From positions 5,270,001 to 5,334,000 of the forward strand of contig CM022669.1 in assembly GCA_012295275.1 (NCBI GenBank): a stretch of 64,000 nt of DNA, written 5' to 3'. Positions 14,547-27,557 of this stretch are shown in pieces. The notes beneath the pieces were generated by a model. That model was not told the origin of the DNA. It saw only the letters and a program-made list of their open reading frames with translations, and did not search any database. The stretch comes from Chrysomallon squamiferum. Its lineage: Eukaryota > Animalia > Mollusca. How positions within the stretch are numbered: position 1 is the first letter of the stretch; each line of letters begins with the position of its first letter. Position numbers and translations under genes: made by a program.

Positions 14547-15171
14547 GTATCAATATTATATTTACACAAAGAAGAATATATATATAATTGCAGGTTATAA
14601 CTTTTTTTCTTTTTTTTCTTGATCTTCATTTTGATTTATTATCTAACATATCATAACAATAAAACAAATTTTCCATATGACTTATTTTCATTATGGTTAT
14701 TCATTTACTGCAAAAACATTAAAAAAAAAATAATGATAATATCAAAAATGATTTGCAAAAACAGCTCACAGGATGTAACACCAAGTTACTTTTTTCCCCT
14801 CCTCTTTTATCATCATTAAGAAACTGTGACAGTAATTCAATAAATACATGTAAGTATATAAATTGTGAAATGTCAATAATCAAATATATTTGTCTGAACA
14901 GTAGGTGAATGCTGCACCATGGGACCACATCTGACCTCTGTGTTGTCTGATCATGTGGGTATGTTGTAGTTTGTTAAGACTGACCACTAGGGACCTGGTC
15001 ATTAGTCTGGAGATATCTCCTCCATCTCTGTGTTTGACCACTTTGTCCTGCCTTAGTTGTGTAGCATAGATAAATATCAGAGAAATGTCTGTCAATATTG
15101 TACTTTTTTTCTTCCTTCTTCTTTTCTTAAACCACCACCACTACTTCTACTGCTACTGCTATTGCTGCTAT

Positions 15172-15218
<47 letters not shown>

Positions 15219-16267
15219 ATAATAATAATAAAGAAGAAGAAGAAGAAGAAGAAAGAAGAAGAAGAAAATAATGATGATAATGAAAATAATGCTAAATTAT
15301 AAAAATGTCTGTAAGAAATAAATAAAACAAAAATTAAATATAAAGGATGAGAAAAATATCTCTATACCACACACACAGACAGACAGACAAACAGATTTTC
15401 TCCCAGTGTTTAAAAAAGATATCTGAAAACTTAGATTACAAATCCAAGTTAACACTTGAGCACAAAGCTCCTCCTACCAGTTCTTTGTTAAATCTTAAAA
15501 CAAATAAATCATACTGTGTAGATCTGTTTCTTGACAAATATTTACTCTTTTCTTATTATAAATCAATATCTTCCTCTACAGGAAATATTTGTGTACATAT
15601 ATATATATATTGTAAAGGAAGATATTATGTGAAAAAACCTATGTCCTTCTAATAACAGTCATATCCTGACTTCAGTATATAGTATATTATATTTATACAA
15701 GTATTCAAAGAAGAAGATATATATATATATAATTGTAGGTTATAAGAGAAGTATGTACATGAACAAATAACAAAAATAACTGAACTAGAACAAAAACACA
15801 AAGTGTTATTATTTCTTTTATTTATTTTTACTTATTATCTAATATATCCTAATAATAGAACAAATTTACCATAAAACTTATTTTCTTTATTGTTATTAAG
15901 TATTAAAATGATAATAAATTGCAAAAAACCATTGAAATAATAAAAATAATTTCCCACATAACTGAATTTCAGTATAGTTATTCAATATTAAATGTTACTG
16001 TATTCCAAAAATCTTGGAATATTTATAGTATGTGAGTAAAAAAGAAAAACAGGGAGGTATTAAAACACCTGTAGATGCTGGAGTGGTGCCAGTGAAGAGA
16101 AATTTGAAAATGTAATCTGTTTAAATATCAAAACCTGTGTCAGCTGAAACATCAGTAAACAGACAGCTACAAGTAAATGTCTGAGACCAACCACCAGGAT
16201 TGAATCTGTGCTTTCAGCAGGGTACAGTAAGAAAGAAAGTATAAAGAAAAAGTAGAATGGAAAGAAG

Positions 16268-16299
<32 letters not shown>

Positions 16300-17377
16300 G
16301 AAAATGATGAGAAAAAATAAAAATAAAAAGTAAAATAGAATAAAATAAAATTAAAAATAAAATAGAATAGAAAAAAATAACATTTTAAAAATAAATAAAC
16401 ATGCTGGAAAGAGGAAGAAAGATAACATGAATATGCCTTATCAGAAAACATCAAGGACAGACAACAAATAATCTACAGTGTTAATGTGTGCATACACACA
16501 TACACATTCACACACACACACAAATAATAATTTTTTAATACACAAAGATATCCACATTACAGAAACACTCAGACTACAAATGAATGCATGTGCACTGACA
16601 GACAGACAAACAAACATACAGCCACACACAAGCACATAAATAATAATATTTTAGTTATTGTTCAAGCTCATCACGTTTGTAATAATAAATTGACTTGTAT
16701 ATTTAAAGTATTTGTGTGTTCAGTCATTTGTAAATTTTGTATGTCTTAAAAAAAAGTAAACTGAAATTATCCAGGCTTACTGAAGGATAACAGAAAACTT
16801 AAAACTTTATTCCTTTTTAATTATGGTGTAAAAAAAAAATAAAAAAAAAATGGTAAGAATAAAAAAGTAGATTGATTATTAATGCATGCTGCATGCACAC
16901 CAACCCCACCTGAAACAGATCTAGGTGTTGATTACAAAAACATGATTTTGCATAAATGTATGTTTGCCTCTGAATGTTTGTGATGATGCAGTGAAAATAT
17001 GATGGACCACCTAGGATGTGCAGCTAACAGCCTGATTCACAAAAGTGATAATTTTATATTCCTCGCGTTAAACAGTATAAAATATGTGACAATAAATACA
17101 TTTTCAGTACATATTATCATCACTGTGAAAACGTAAACTTTGTTTTTTCTGTCAATTAAATTAAATTAAGTTTGAAAAAGATATTTGTTTCTTGATAATA
17201 TATAAATTATTAAATCAATTTCATTTTCCCCAAACAAATATATTAAAACAATTAAAAAAAGAGAGATAAGTTAATAATAATAATAATAATAAATAAATAA
17301 ATAAATAAATAAATAAATATAAATAAAACAAAATATACAACTGATTTATTAAAGTTTAATATTACTTTTTAAAAATC

Positions 17378-17424
<47 letters not shown>

Positions 17425-20271
17425 AATAATAATCATACATCTATAACCATGACACATCTAACAATATAAATGAGATGCCCATGGTTAAGGAAGACTATTA
17501 TAACAGACCCCCAGGCCTCAAGGAGATGGCAACCTGAGCTTTCACAGATAATTAGCATCATTGTCAGATATCAACATTATGTGTAAAACAGTAGTGAGAC
17601 CTGAACACAAACAGCAAGTCGGTAGCAATGTCAGGCAGATATGGAAAAAAACACACTCATAAATAATAACTGCAGGCCTCAGTTTTGAGGAGTTTGTGTT
17701 GGGTAGGAAATAACGAAACAGAAGAAAATCTATTAGTGTTTTTTCCCATAATACAACCATGTCACAATAAATATGTTCATCTTTTATTTTCTGTATTTTT
17801 AAAAATTATATTTTGTTGTTGCTGAAGTTTTATTTTTATTTTTTGACACAACAAGAAGACCGTCCTATGATTTTATCCATTTATTATTAGTAGTGCATGT
17901 ATAAAATCTGACTTTTGATGATAATACTGTTACGAAAATATTGCTATAAATATTTCATTTTTAATAAGCAGACAGGGAAAACTGAGTAATATAATCTTCA
18001 AGATGTCAGTCCTTTTTGTCAGTGGTAACAGTATTAACATTAATTGTCTTAATACCTTTAGAGAAATATCTCTTAATAGCATTAGGATATTTTCTCGATT
18101 AATCCTTTCTGATCAGGATTACTGGCAAACAAGACTGGCCAAATTTCTTGATCAATATAGTTTTGTGATTTTCATATTTTTAATATTAGAAAAATTATAT
18201 CTCTTAGTGAAAAAAAAAATAATAATAATAATATAAAATAAAAAAATAAAAAGTGTTTAGTTGTATATTGAGAATAATATAATTTTCAGTTTCTTAATTT
18301 TAATAGTTCTAATATTAGTGAAGTTATATATGATTATACATTAGGAAAAAGAGATGTCTACCAATAGTTTGTTTATAATTATATATCGAGAAACAAGACT
18401 AATATAATTTTCAAGGGGGCTATTTGCACTTTGTCAATAATGTACTGTTTTTAGATTTTAATAGTTTTAATATTAGAGAAATTATAGGTTTTAGAAGAAA
18501 AAAGTGTATCAGTACTTTGTTCATGATCATATACAGCAAAATGAGACAACATAATTTTTAAAATGACTGCTAACAGTAAGACCTCTTATTGATTGTATTA
18601 CAGATAATTCTTTCCGTACATATTTTGGATATAATCAGTTATCTCAGGAAACACTGCTACACTCTTAAAACAATGTAAACAAACAATGTACAGTACATGT
18701 ACAGAAAAATGTAGGCTAGGCTCGGTGAAGTTTGTTGGGATGGTTATAGGTGCAGCTGCAAAAATTTACTTTTACCTTGATGGAAAGTGGGTTGAGAGAG
18801 GGTTTAATGAAAATTTTACATCTATTTATATTTTTATTTTAATCAGTATGTGCAAAAAACAGGAATAACCCAGACTCCAATGTAATTGGTACTCTGTTTA
18901 GAATAAGAAGATTCAAAAAAATAAAAAATAAAAAATATATAGTTAATCACTGTGTTGAACAAAACATTTTTGTTTGTATTTGTTTTATAATAATTAAGTA
19001 ATAAAATTTAAATGTCTATTGGACAGCTATCAAAATTTAACTCTTCCAGTCTGCAAACTGCTATGAAAATTTTAGTTGTCATTGTTTTAAAAGAGTGCTG
19101 TATCAAGATTTCCATGTTATTTTATTCTATACTGTCTGCATCCAGCCAGTATAATTAATGTGTGTGTGTGTGTGTGTTTGTGTGTGTGTGTGCATGCGTG
19201 TGTTTGTGTATGTGTATTTGTTTTATGACAAGTAGATACAAAAATATTACTTACAAGATTGCCATAAAACAGTCAGACCATAAGACCACTGTATAAAATT
19301 TTACATGACATTTTATCTTGTCTCTCTCTGATCAGCCATCAAATTAAAGTGATAAAACATTAATATTTAATTTGTAATTAGCATGCAGAAAAACCATGCA
19401 TGAAACTTAATCAGGGGCAATCAGAAAGCAATATAATTTTTTTTCTTTTTTTGTTAATTTATCTGAAAATTAAATAACTCCTTTTTCAGAAAAGGCAGGT
19501 CTTATGCCAGGCTGAAAATTGAGAAATTTTATTTTTATAGATTAATATATATATATATATTTTAAACATGAATGGATGGATGAACAAATTCATGTCTGTC
19601 ATTGTTATCAACTTTCAATCTTTAGCACCTTTTTATGATCTGTTATATACATTCTATAGACTGGAAAGCACTATGAATATCCTTAGAAAAGTTAATGGAA
19701 AAATGGTAGATGTTAGAACTAGCTTAAGGAGCATATGATGGAGGATTGATTTTGTGTGCTATGATTCCTCAGGCAAATTCTACAGACTTTTCAAAGTTTA
19801 TAATATATATATATATAAACACACATATTGTCAACCCTCGGTTTCACTTATCAACATTTGAGAAAATCAACCAAATCTTGAAAAATCACAAAATTTGAAC
19901 TTGTCACCATTTCCCACTTGAAACCTTACCTCTAGGTATTATTAAGTTATTTGATCATGGCAACCCTCTCTCAACCCACTTTCCATCAAGGTAACAGTAA
20001 ATTTTACAACTATACCTGTCACCATCCTAACAAACTTCACCCAGCCTAGCCTACATTTTACCTGCATTGAGTGACATTTGTTTACACTGTCTGTGTATTG
20101 TTCTTACATTATTATATTACTGTATCATGTAGCTGTTATGTGTACTGAAGTTTAATATTTCAGTAAGTTTTAAGGTTAATGTTTACATTTGTGATTTCCC
20201 ACACTTTTGCATTTTGCATTATTAGTATGTAATATGCATATGTAAGTTATATAATTACAATAATAATAATA

Positions 20272-20325
<54 letters not shown>

Positions 20326-23300
20326 TTAAGAAATTATGACAATATTACAATTACTATAATACTGCAATAGGATGGTTTTCTTTACAAGAATATTAACAGA
20401 TGAAAAATTTCACTTTTATTTTCAGACTTGTCTAATCAGAATAAAGTGCATTTTGGCTATCACCTCTGTGTTTACAGTTCAGTGTTTGTGTGCCCTGAGT
20501 TTAGATATTAATGGTGTTAAGATAACCAATATGAGATTAGGTTATCTGCCAGGTTGTCAAAACAAACACTGTACACTTCCAAGGTAAATGAAAGGAAAAT
20601 TTCTACAAAAGAGACTCTCATCTCTTTGTTTAGTCAGCTGCTGGTTATGCAATCTGCTACATGGAATCTTAAAACCCCAGAGAAGAAGACACATTGTGTT
20701 GTGTTTGAAAGACTTTTTTAAAATTATTTTTTAATTTTTAATTTTTTTTTAAATGAGTAAACTAACTTTTGTTAGTAGTGTGACTTGCCTGATAATGAAG
20801 ACAGTACTACTAACTAATTGTCAGGATGTAATGACACACATGTTGTATAGAACTTTAATTTTATTTTGTCTGTACTGATGAAAAAATATGAATACAATTT
20901 ACTATCCTCTGATAATATGGAGTTATCACACACACACACACTAATACTGCTCTGTTAGGTGAATAAACAAAAGTTAGTTAAATTTAGAAGCAGTTTAATG
21001 ACTTGATGTATTACATATTGTTAGCTGTAATACCTGTGTCATTATGTCCTTGTCACACACTCAGTTATCTTGTCATTTTATCAAACGTTAAAGTGGTGAA
21101 ACAATCAAAATAGACAGTGGCCAGATTATAACACTGAAAATCATCATTATATTTATTTATTATACTATGAGACCAGGGAGCAAGTAAAATTTAAATTGTT
21201 AGATTGCGTGAACAAAAAATTCTTGGAAAAATTGTTGTTCATCATTATAATTATTTATATTATAACTATAAAAAATGTTTTTTTATTGTGCATTATCACA
21301 CACACATCGACACACACACAGATATATTTCTATAGCCTATTATAGTATCAGTAAACAATCTGAAATTGGGAATTTCACATTTTCTAACAGTGATCATTGC
21401 ACCATAGTCATTTTTCATTTATTAATTTCCTTTCATATCTTAGACAATATATAATATTAAAGCTGGTACTAAATGGCAGTGAAAGACAAACTAATTTTGT
21501 TGAATGACATTATCAAAAGTGATATACTTGATCAGCTATGAAAGAAATAAATGTCATGCAACTGAATCATGTTTTATTTTTCCCAATGGGCCATCTTCTT
21601 GGAGATCAGCAGTTACATTCATAACTTATTACATAATTCCCAGTAGAGCTAATACACTCTTACAATCCCCTGTGAGGTTTGAAATGAACTCTTCCAGTAA
21701 TCCACAGTCTAATAGCCTATTACATAATTCCCACTTGATCTAATATTTTATGAAATGTTTAGATTAAGTGGGGAAAACACAAGTGTAGTCATGTCACTGT
21801 GTTGTGTGTCTGAAATGGCATACATTCTGAAACCAGTATCACCACAAGATTTCATACTGTTTGTTTCTTGTTAAAATGCCTATTACAATACAGTATTTTA
21901 ATATTTTGTATTAGATTTTCATTCCATATACATACATACATACATAATATAATATTCAAATTAAACTTGAATAACTATCAAATAAACAATATTTTAATAT
22001 TACAGGTTTAGACTGCCCACTCATTTCAGCACATGTATAGTTTAAAAAAAAGACACCCTGAAACTGTAACAAGGGTAAACTAAAGGTAACTTGTCCTGTA
22101 ACACATTATTCTTTATACACAATGTTTAAAGCAGGCATGGGCAACCTTTTTCGAGAATTGGGAGACATGGCTCATCCTCAGGCAGGTTGCAGCTACTAAT
22201 TTAGACAATTTTGTGTTTTTAATGTAGAGTTTATTTTAAGAAATTTATCATTTTCATTCACTTCAGAAACTGTTGTATAATAAAAAAATTATGTGTGTTT
22301 TAGTATATTAGTAGATACATAATAATCATTTTATAAAATTTGAATTAATGTTATTTTCCTTGTGAAATCAGGCAGGACACTCAGTTTGCCCATGACTGGG
22401 TTAAAGCACTGACTCTAAGAGTACAAAACCCCCACCCCCCCAAAAAAAAACAGAGAGAAGAAAATTGATAGGCTTCAGTGTCTAAACAAAATTAGTTTAC
22501 TAACAGGTTTTTCAAGCAAACGTGAAAATTCCTACAGAAAATAGTAACAGGAAACCTAAATTTAATTCAATTAACCCAGTTTGTTAGACAGAGGAGACAA
22601 CAGGTACCTTTGAAAGTTCACTTTCTGATGTGAAACCCAGACCATACACAGTGTTAGCACGGGCGTCTGACCACTGTCCAAACTTCTGTGAGGTTTTTGT
22701 GAAGGTCATGGTGGGGGTGATGGTGCTGTTAACAATAGCCTGTAAAAAAACAACCACAAAAGATTAAAAATAATCTCAGATTTCAAATACATGCGCAATA
22801 ACTAAATACCCACATAGGTTTAAAATAATCTTGAATATTTGGTTATCAAATATATGCACATAAAACTGAATATACATATTCCAAAAAAAAAAAAAAAAAA
22901 AAAAATAAAACAAATAAAACAAAATAAGATATTTATAATATATTAGGTTAAAAATACTGAATATAAATATTAAATTTCAAATTATTTTAAAATTCAGGGG
23001 ATGTGAAAAATGGTATTTTAATTTAGCAGTGCAATGAAACTTAAATATCATTACTATGCATATAACATTTTATTTATTTATACTGATATATGCAAACCTT
23101 CGTGCCTTTACAGAAGGACACACAGACTCAGTGACACACACACACACACAAAATGAAACACAATAAATAAAAAGTAGCAGTATCTAGTAGAATTTTGCAC
23201 CAAATTTAAAAAATATATATATATAATAATAATAATAAATTTAAAAATATAAAATAAAAGAACATCCACTATCTACTCCAGCTGCATGTAAAATCTTTAA

Positions 23301-24044
23301 ATAAGAAAAAAAAAAAAAAAAAAAAGTAGAAAAGATTAAAAACAGGAAAGGAATCAATTTCATGATAGGAAATCTAATCAAGCAAACCAAAAATATAAAT
23401 GATGTTTGCTGGAATAGAGTTACTAGATTACAAGAAGCAAACATCTTAAAGATATTTTTACCTGCTGTAGGCAACAGATAACACAAATTCCATTTTGTTG
23501 CCAGAATTAATACATTTTTATTATCTTTAATGTTATCAACAATTAACATGATATTAAAAAAAAAGAAAAAAAAAAAAGGAAGAAAGACAGAAAGATAAAT
23601 ATGTCTGTCACCTGAAGGGAAAAAAAGAAAAGAAAAAAAGAAAAAAAATGTAAGTACAAAACAAACAAATAAATAATTAAAGCTTGGTTTAATAACACAT
23701 ACTGCATTCATTATTATTTATACAGGGCAACTTTATAAGGTATAAAAAAATTAGTCAAATCAAAATTTTCTATCAGCTGGCAATCTCAAACTGAATATGT
23801 CAGTGTAAGAAAATATTTAACATATGTTTTCTGCCACATGGAACAGAGGAGAGTGTGGGTTATCATACACCTTGCTGCTTCCTTAACCCTTTGACTGCCA
23901 CAGGTTCAATATTCCTAGGTATTAGAAGTAGTGTTTTCCCATGGTTGTATCTCTTACTACTTCGATAATGAAGTTAAACACATCCACAGTGGACAAATAT
24001 GCACCTTTTTGTTGGCAACTGTGAATAATGTCCATTATAATAAA

Positions 24045-24114
<70 letters not shown>

Positions 24115-27100
24115 ATACAGATATCTGTAATTAAAGAGTCAAAAATTAGTATAGGTAAGATGATAGTAAAATGTAGAACAATAAATGTAGCTAATTCTTA
24201 GCATGTTTCTTATAAAACTGTTCAAACATGCCTGTCATGAACACAACCTTTGACCTCATCAGAAAGTTTTAACAAAGTAAAAGTACAACTCCCTATCTTT
24301 AAAAGACACAGGGTGATAAAGATAAAGATAAGATAAGATAAATTCACAGCTTTCTGACATCGTACAGGTTGTATACAGAGAAGAATACTGATCAATCTAC
24401 AGACAAGGTAAGAGTGATTTGTCCTACAACTGAGGAAACTACCCTGGCAGGAATCCTTTACATCATTCTTCCTGCAACAGTTACTTGGGTACGGAGCCTG
24501 GTACAGAGAGAATCCTGTATTGATTTATCACATTTTTCAATGCAGCTGGTGGGCAGCAGGCTCCAAATTGTGTAAAACTATCAGTGAAAGATGTGTGAAT
24601 GTTCCAAGTCTAAATCTAGTTAATCTGGTTACTTGATTAGATAGACAGTTAAACCTTCTGCAACCATCAGGTTAATGACCTCATATTGAATTTTTTTTTT
24701 TTTTTTTTTTTTTTTTTGAATTTCCATATTTTGAAAAGAAATGTATGGAATGGAAAAAAGAAATGTATGGAATGGAAAAAAGAAAACTGAAATTTTGTGT
24801 TTTCTTTTAAGTTGTTGTTGATTTGTTTATTTGTTATTGCTTTTTTTTTTTTTTTTACTTTTTATTAAATTAGAGACTGAACCTTCAAGAGAATATAAAT
24901 GTTTGATTTATACCTTCTTTCTGTACATGAACACAACCAGAAAATCATTAATTAGAGGAAACATTTTTGTATTTCAACAAATAAATCATCTACTGATCTT
25001 GGTAATGTTTCAACTAAATTACAAAAATATTTTTTATATTAAATTATAAAGACAATGATCATTTGCTAATATGTATATTTTGAATCATCAAAATAGTTAT
25101 ATTAATTCAAAAGAATTGTAATAATTTTCTACAATCTTGAATGTTTTAAACACAAAAATAAAAACAAATTATTCAGTGAACTGAAATGTGGATCAAATAC
25201 AATGTTTTGGGTTTTTTTTTTTCAGGATTAACACATCAGAGAATTGTTATGAGAAAAGAGTTGGTATTAAGGTCTTACATACCTATTTTTTTTAGGTAGA
25301 GACTGGTACTGGGAAAAGAATGCACTCATAAGGAATGCAAAATCAAATCTAGTCATAATAATATTATATTCATTTTATTTAAAAAAAAAAAAAAAATGAA
25401 ATGAAAGAAAGAAAGAAAAAAAAGAAATAATTACTTGTTAAACTTGAGAGTTTTTAACATGTATAATTTTTCAGACAAAATCTATGTTCTTGTAATAAAA
25501 AAAAAAAAAATAAGAAAAAAAAAGTACTAGATCTAACACCACTCAAGCATTACAAGTAAACAAATAAAATGTTTTTATGACTTACAAAAGCACTATGAAA
25601 TTACTTAGGAATTTACACAAAGCTCATGTTACAGGTGTAAAAAGTTTAACATGGTATGTAACACATTTTGGAAATAAATATGTAAATAAATAAGTAAATA
25701 ATTAAATAAATTAATAAATATATCAGTAGTATTTTCCCCCTTAACAAAGCTAACATTCTTTAGGTTTCTTTGTGAAAGAATTACAACAACAACAACAACA
25801 ACAACAATAAATAGATAACAAAAAATAAATAAAGATAAAACCTTTAACACATCCACAGTAATGCATAAGATACATTACAAATAATAAAGTTTAAAATTAA
25901 AGACAAATGAAAAAAAAGAAAAAGTTTTAAAATATTATACATTTGTTTTAAAAAATGAAAAAATGTATTTGGTAATTCTTCTTATTTAACTGCATTATAG
26001 GAACACAGTGATTAATTTTGTTTAGAAAACAAATCTTTAAAAAAAAATATGTATCAGTAGGAAGGGATTATTATTATTTATTTTTAAGTATGTATCTTCT
26101 TGACATGACTTTATCTAATAACAGGTGAAAAAAATGAACAATAGTGTTTTGATGACCTACAATAATACTCATGGACCCGATTCTTAATTTATCACAAAGT
26201 ACAATAGTATTAATACATCATGAATCATGTTTACCAACATACATTACAATGAAGTGTCTGCCTTTGTCATCTTTTATTAAAAATATATATAAAGCTAGAA
26301 TTTCCAAAGGGACGTTAGGCAGTAAATATATACTGAATTTTTTTATTATAATAATAAATTACTTGAATGAATGACGAAGATAAAAAGTCACAAGATAAAA
26401 ATACACAGGATCAGCAATAAAAATATGTAGTTCTTGTATCAGTTTATCAAAATTCATTATGAGTGTACATCTTATGAAAAGTCTAGTGTACTGAAAAGCC
26501 TTTTTTATGGAATTTTTTTTATTAATTTTCTAAAACCTTTTAAATTTTATTTTTTCATTATTTTTCTTTTTTACAGACAAGAAACAACAACAACAACAAC
26601 AAAATTAATAATAACTAAAAAAAAAAAAATGTATGGACATAATGTAGGCAAAGCAATGTGTGTAAGCTGTGAATTTTTATCAATAAACTGCATCATTTAA
26701 AATTTTCTTTACTTAAGATGTGTTATACTGTTGCATAAACCCTGGCAGACAAATTATATTTAAAATGAAATCAGATTTTGAATCAACATGAGCCTGTTTT
26801 GTAGGGTAATACCGTCTTCAGAAGAGCTTAAAAAGCTGAAAAATAATAAGTGTTATGCTTGGGATGAGAGTGATAATTTCTCAAAGACAAGACACAGCAT
26901 GTAGTTTAGTTGTTTGAATCGCAGAAATAACTTCTTTTACCATTCCAACCAGCACCTCATAAATAGCTGATCTTAGATCATGTAACATTTCTGCAAAGGG
27001 ACATGGGAAATCATTGGTTAGTGAGGGCAGTTGGTGTTGATTTGCAAAACATTTTTAGTATTTATAAACATTAACTACATCCAAATTTGCCTCACTATTT

Positions 27101-27557
27101 TGCTTAAATTTTCTGTGTGTGGAGTAGTTCATTGAAAACATCACTTGAAGCAATAATATCAAAAAGTGTAGGTTTTGAGTGACAACAGCAAGATTTCTAA
27201 GCCATATCAACATCATCCATCCAATCACCATTAACATCAAACTAAACAAATATCCATCAATTCATTCTCAAAAGAACAGATTGCTTTCTGTAAAGTTAGC
27301 TTTCAACTCACTAATTCTGATTGTATCAGTGAGAACCACTGACCTTCACCATGGCAACCGAAGATTAGTTTTTTCAAAGAAAAGAGGTTTTAAACCTCAC
27401 CTTTGATCCATCGACACTAATAATTCTGTAAGTGTCGCGTGTTGTGTCGTAGTAGTAAGAGACGCTGACTGCCGATTTACTGACAGGTATCCAGTTCTTC
27501 TTTGTCTCCGGATCAATCTGGAAAACGTGAGCTTTTGTTGTGAACAGTGGCTGCTCC
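8750..27557 (-). CDS. homer: Homer scaffold protein (EVH1 + coiled coil); coding exons 27557-27401, 22739-22608, 13486-13325, 12608-12475, 11949-11793, 10449-10330, 9982-9902, 8947-8750; first coding exon further upstream
   Basis: The spliced translation reads [52 protein letters not shown]|[44 protein letters not shown]|[10 protein letters not shown]... (Homer EVH1), then [16 protein letters not shown]|[39 protein letters not shown]... (Homer coiled coil). All junctions are GT-AG with compatible phases, and the stop is TAG at 8752-8750. Confidence 0.95.
9135..9500. repeat. Degenerate ~35-bp minisatellite (about 10 units) in a Homer intron
   Basis: Recurring gagatccatggt(c/t)agggtaaa(c)agaattataaact-like unit. 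Confidence 0.75.
9902..9982 (-). CDS. homer: Homer coiled-coil exon
   Basis: gatttcag|GAG GTT ATG...ATA CAG|gtatca; 27 codons [27 protein letters not shown]. Confidence 0.85.
10330..10449 (-). CDS. homer: Homer coiled-coil exon
   Basis: aattcag|GTG TTG GAA CTG...CAA GAG|gtttgt; 40 codons [40 protein letters not shown]. Confidence 0.85.
11793..11949 (-). CDS. homer: Homer coiled-coil exon
   Basis: gtttcag|T TCT TCC AAT GCT AAG AAG TGG...AAA AAA AAA|gtagag; [28 protein letters not shown]... Confidence 0.92.
12475..12608 (-). CDS. homer: Homer exon (linker + start of coiled coil)
   Basis: ggcag|AGT GAC AGC...GCA CAA AG|gttggt; [12 protein letters not shown]...[15 protein letters not shown]. 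Confidence 0.9.
13325..13486 (-). CDS. homer: Homer exon (end of EVH1 helix + Pro/Ser linker)
   Basis: ttgttacag|TTT ATA GAA AAG...TCT TCA CAG|gtgtgt; 54 codons [14 protein letters not shown]...SSSQ. Confidence 0.9.
14565..15930 (+). repeat. Diverged ~200-bp direct repeat pair (~14565-14720 and ~15706-15930)
   Basis: Both copies share caaagaagaa..tatatataattg(c/t)aggttataa and ttattatctaa(c/t)atatc(a/c)taa(c/t)aata..acaaattt.ccata..acttattttc. Confidence 0.6.
18670..20090. repeat. Inverted repeat pair, arms 18670-18804 and 19962-20090
   Basis: The core ttaccttgatggaaagtgggttgagagagggtt is the exact reverse complement of aaccctctctcaacccactttccatcaaggtaa. Similarity extends to ~130 bp with scattered mismatches. 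Confidence 0.85.
22608..22739 (-). CDS. homer: Homer exon, EVH1 C-terminal half (132 nt)
   Basis: tttttacag|GCT ATT GTT AAC...CTT TCA AAG|gtacct; [36 protein letters not shown]. Not in the ORF track; read by hand. Confidence 0.95.
27401..27557 (-). CDS. homer: Homer exon, EVH1 N-terminal half (157 nt, starts in phase 2)
   Basis: ttttccag|G GAG CAG CCA...GGA TCA AAG|gtgagg; peptide [22 protein letters not shown]... Confidence 0.95.
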
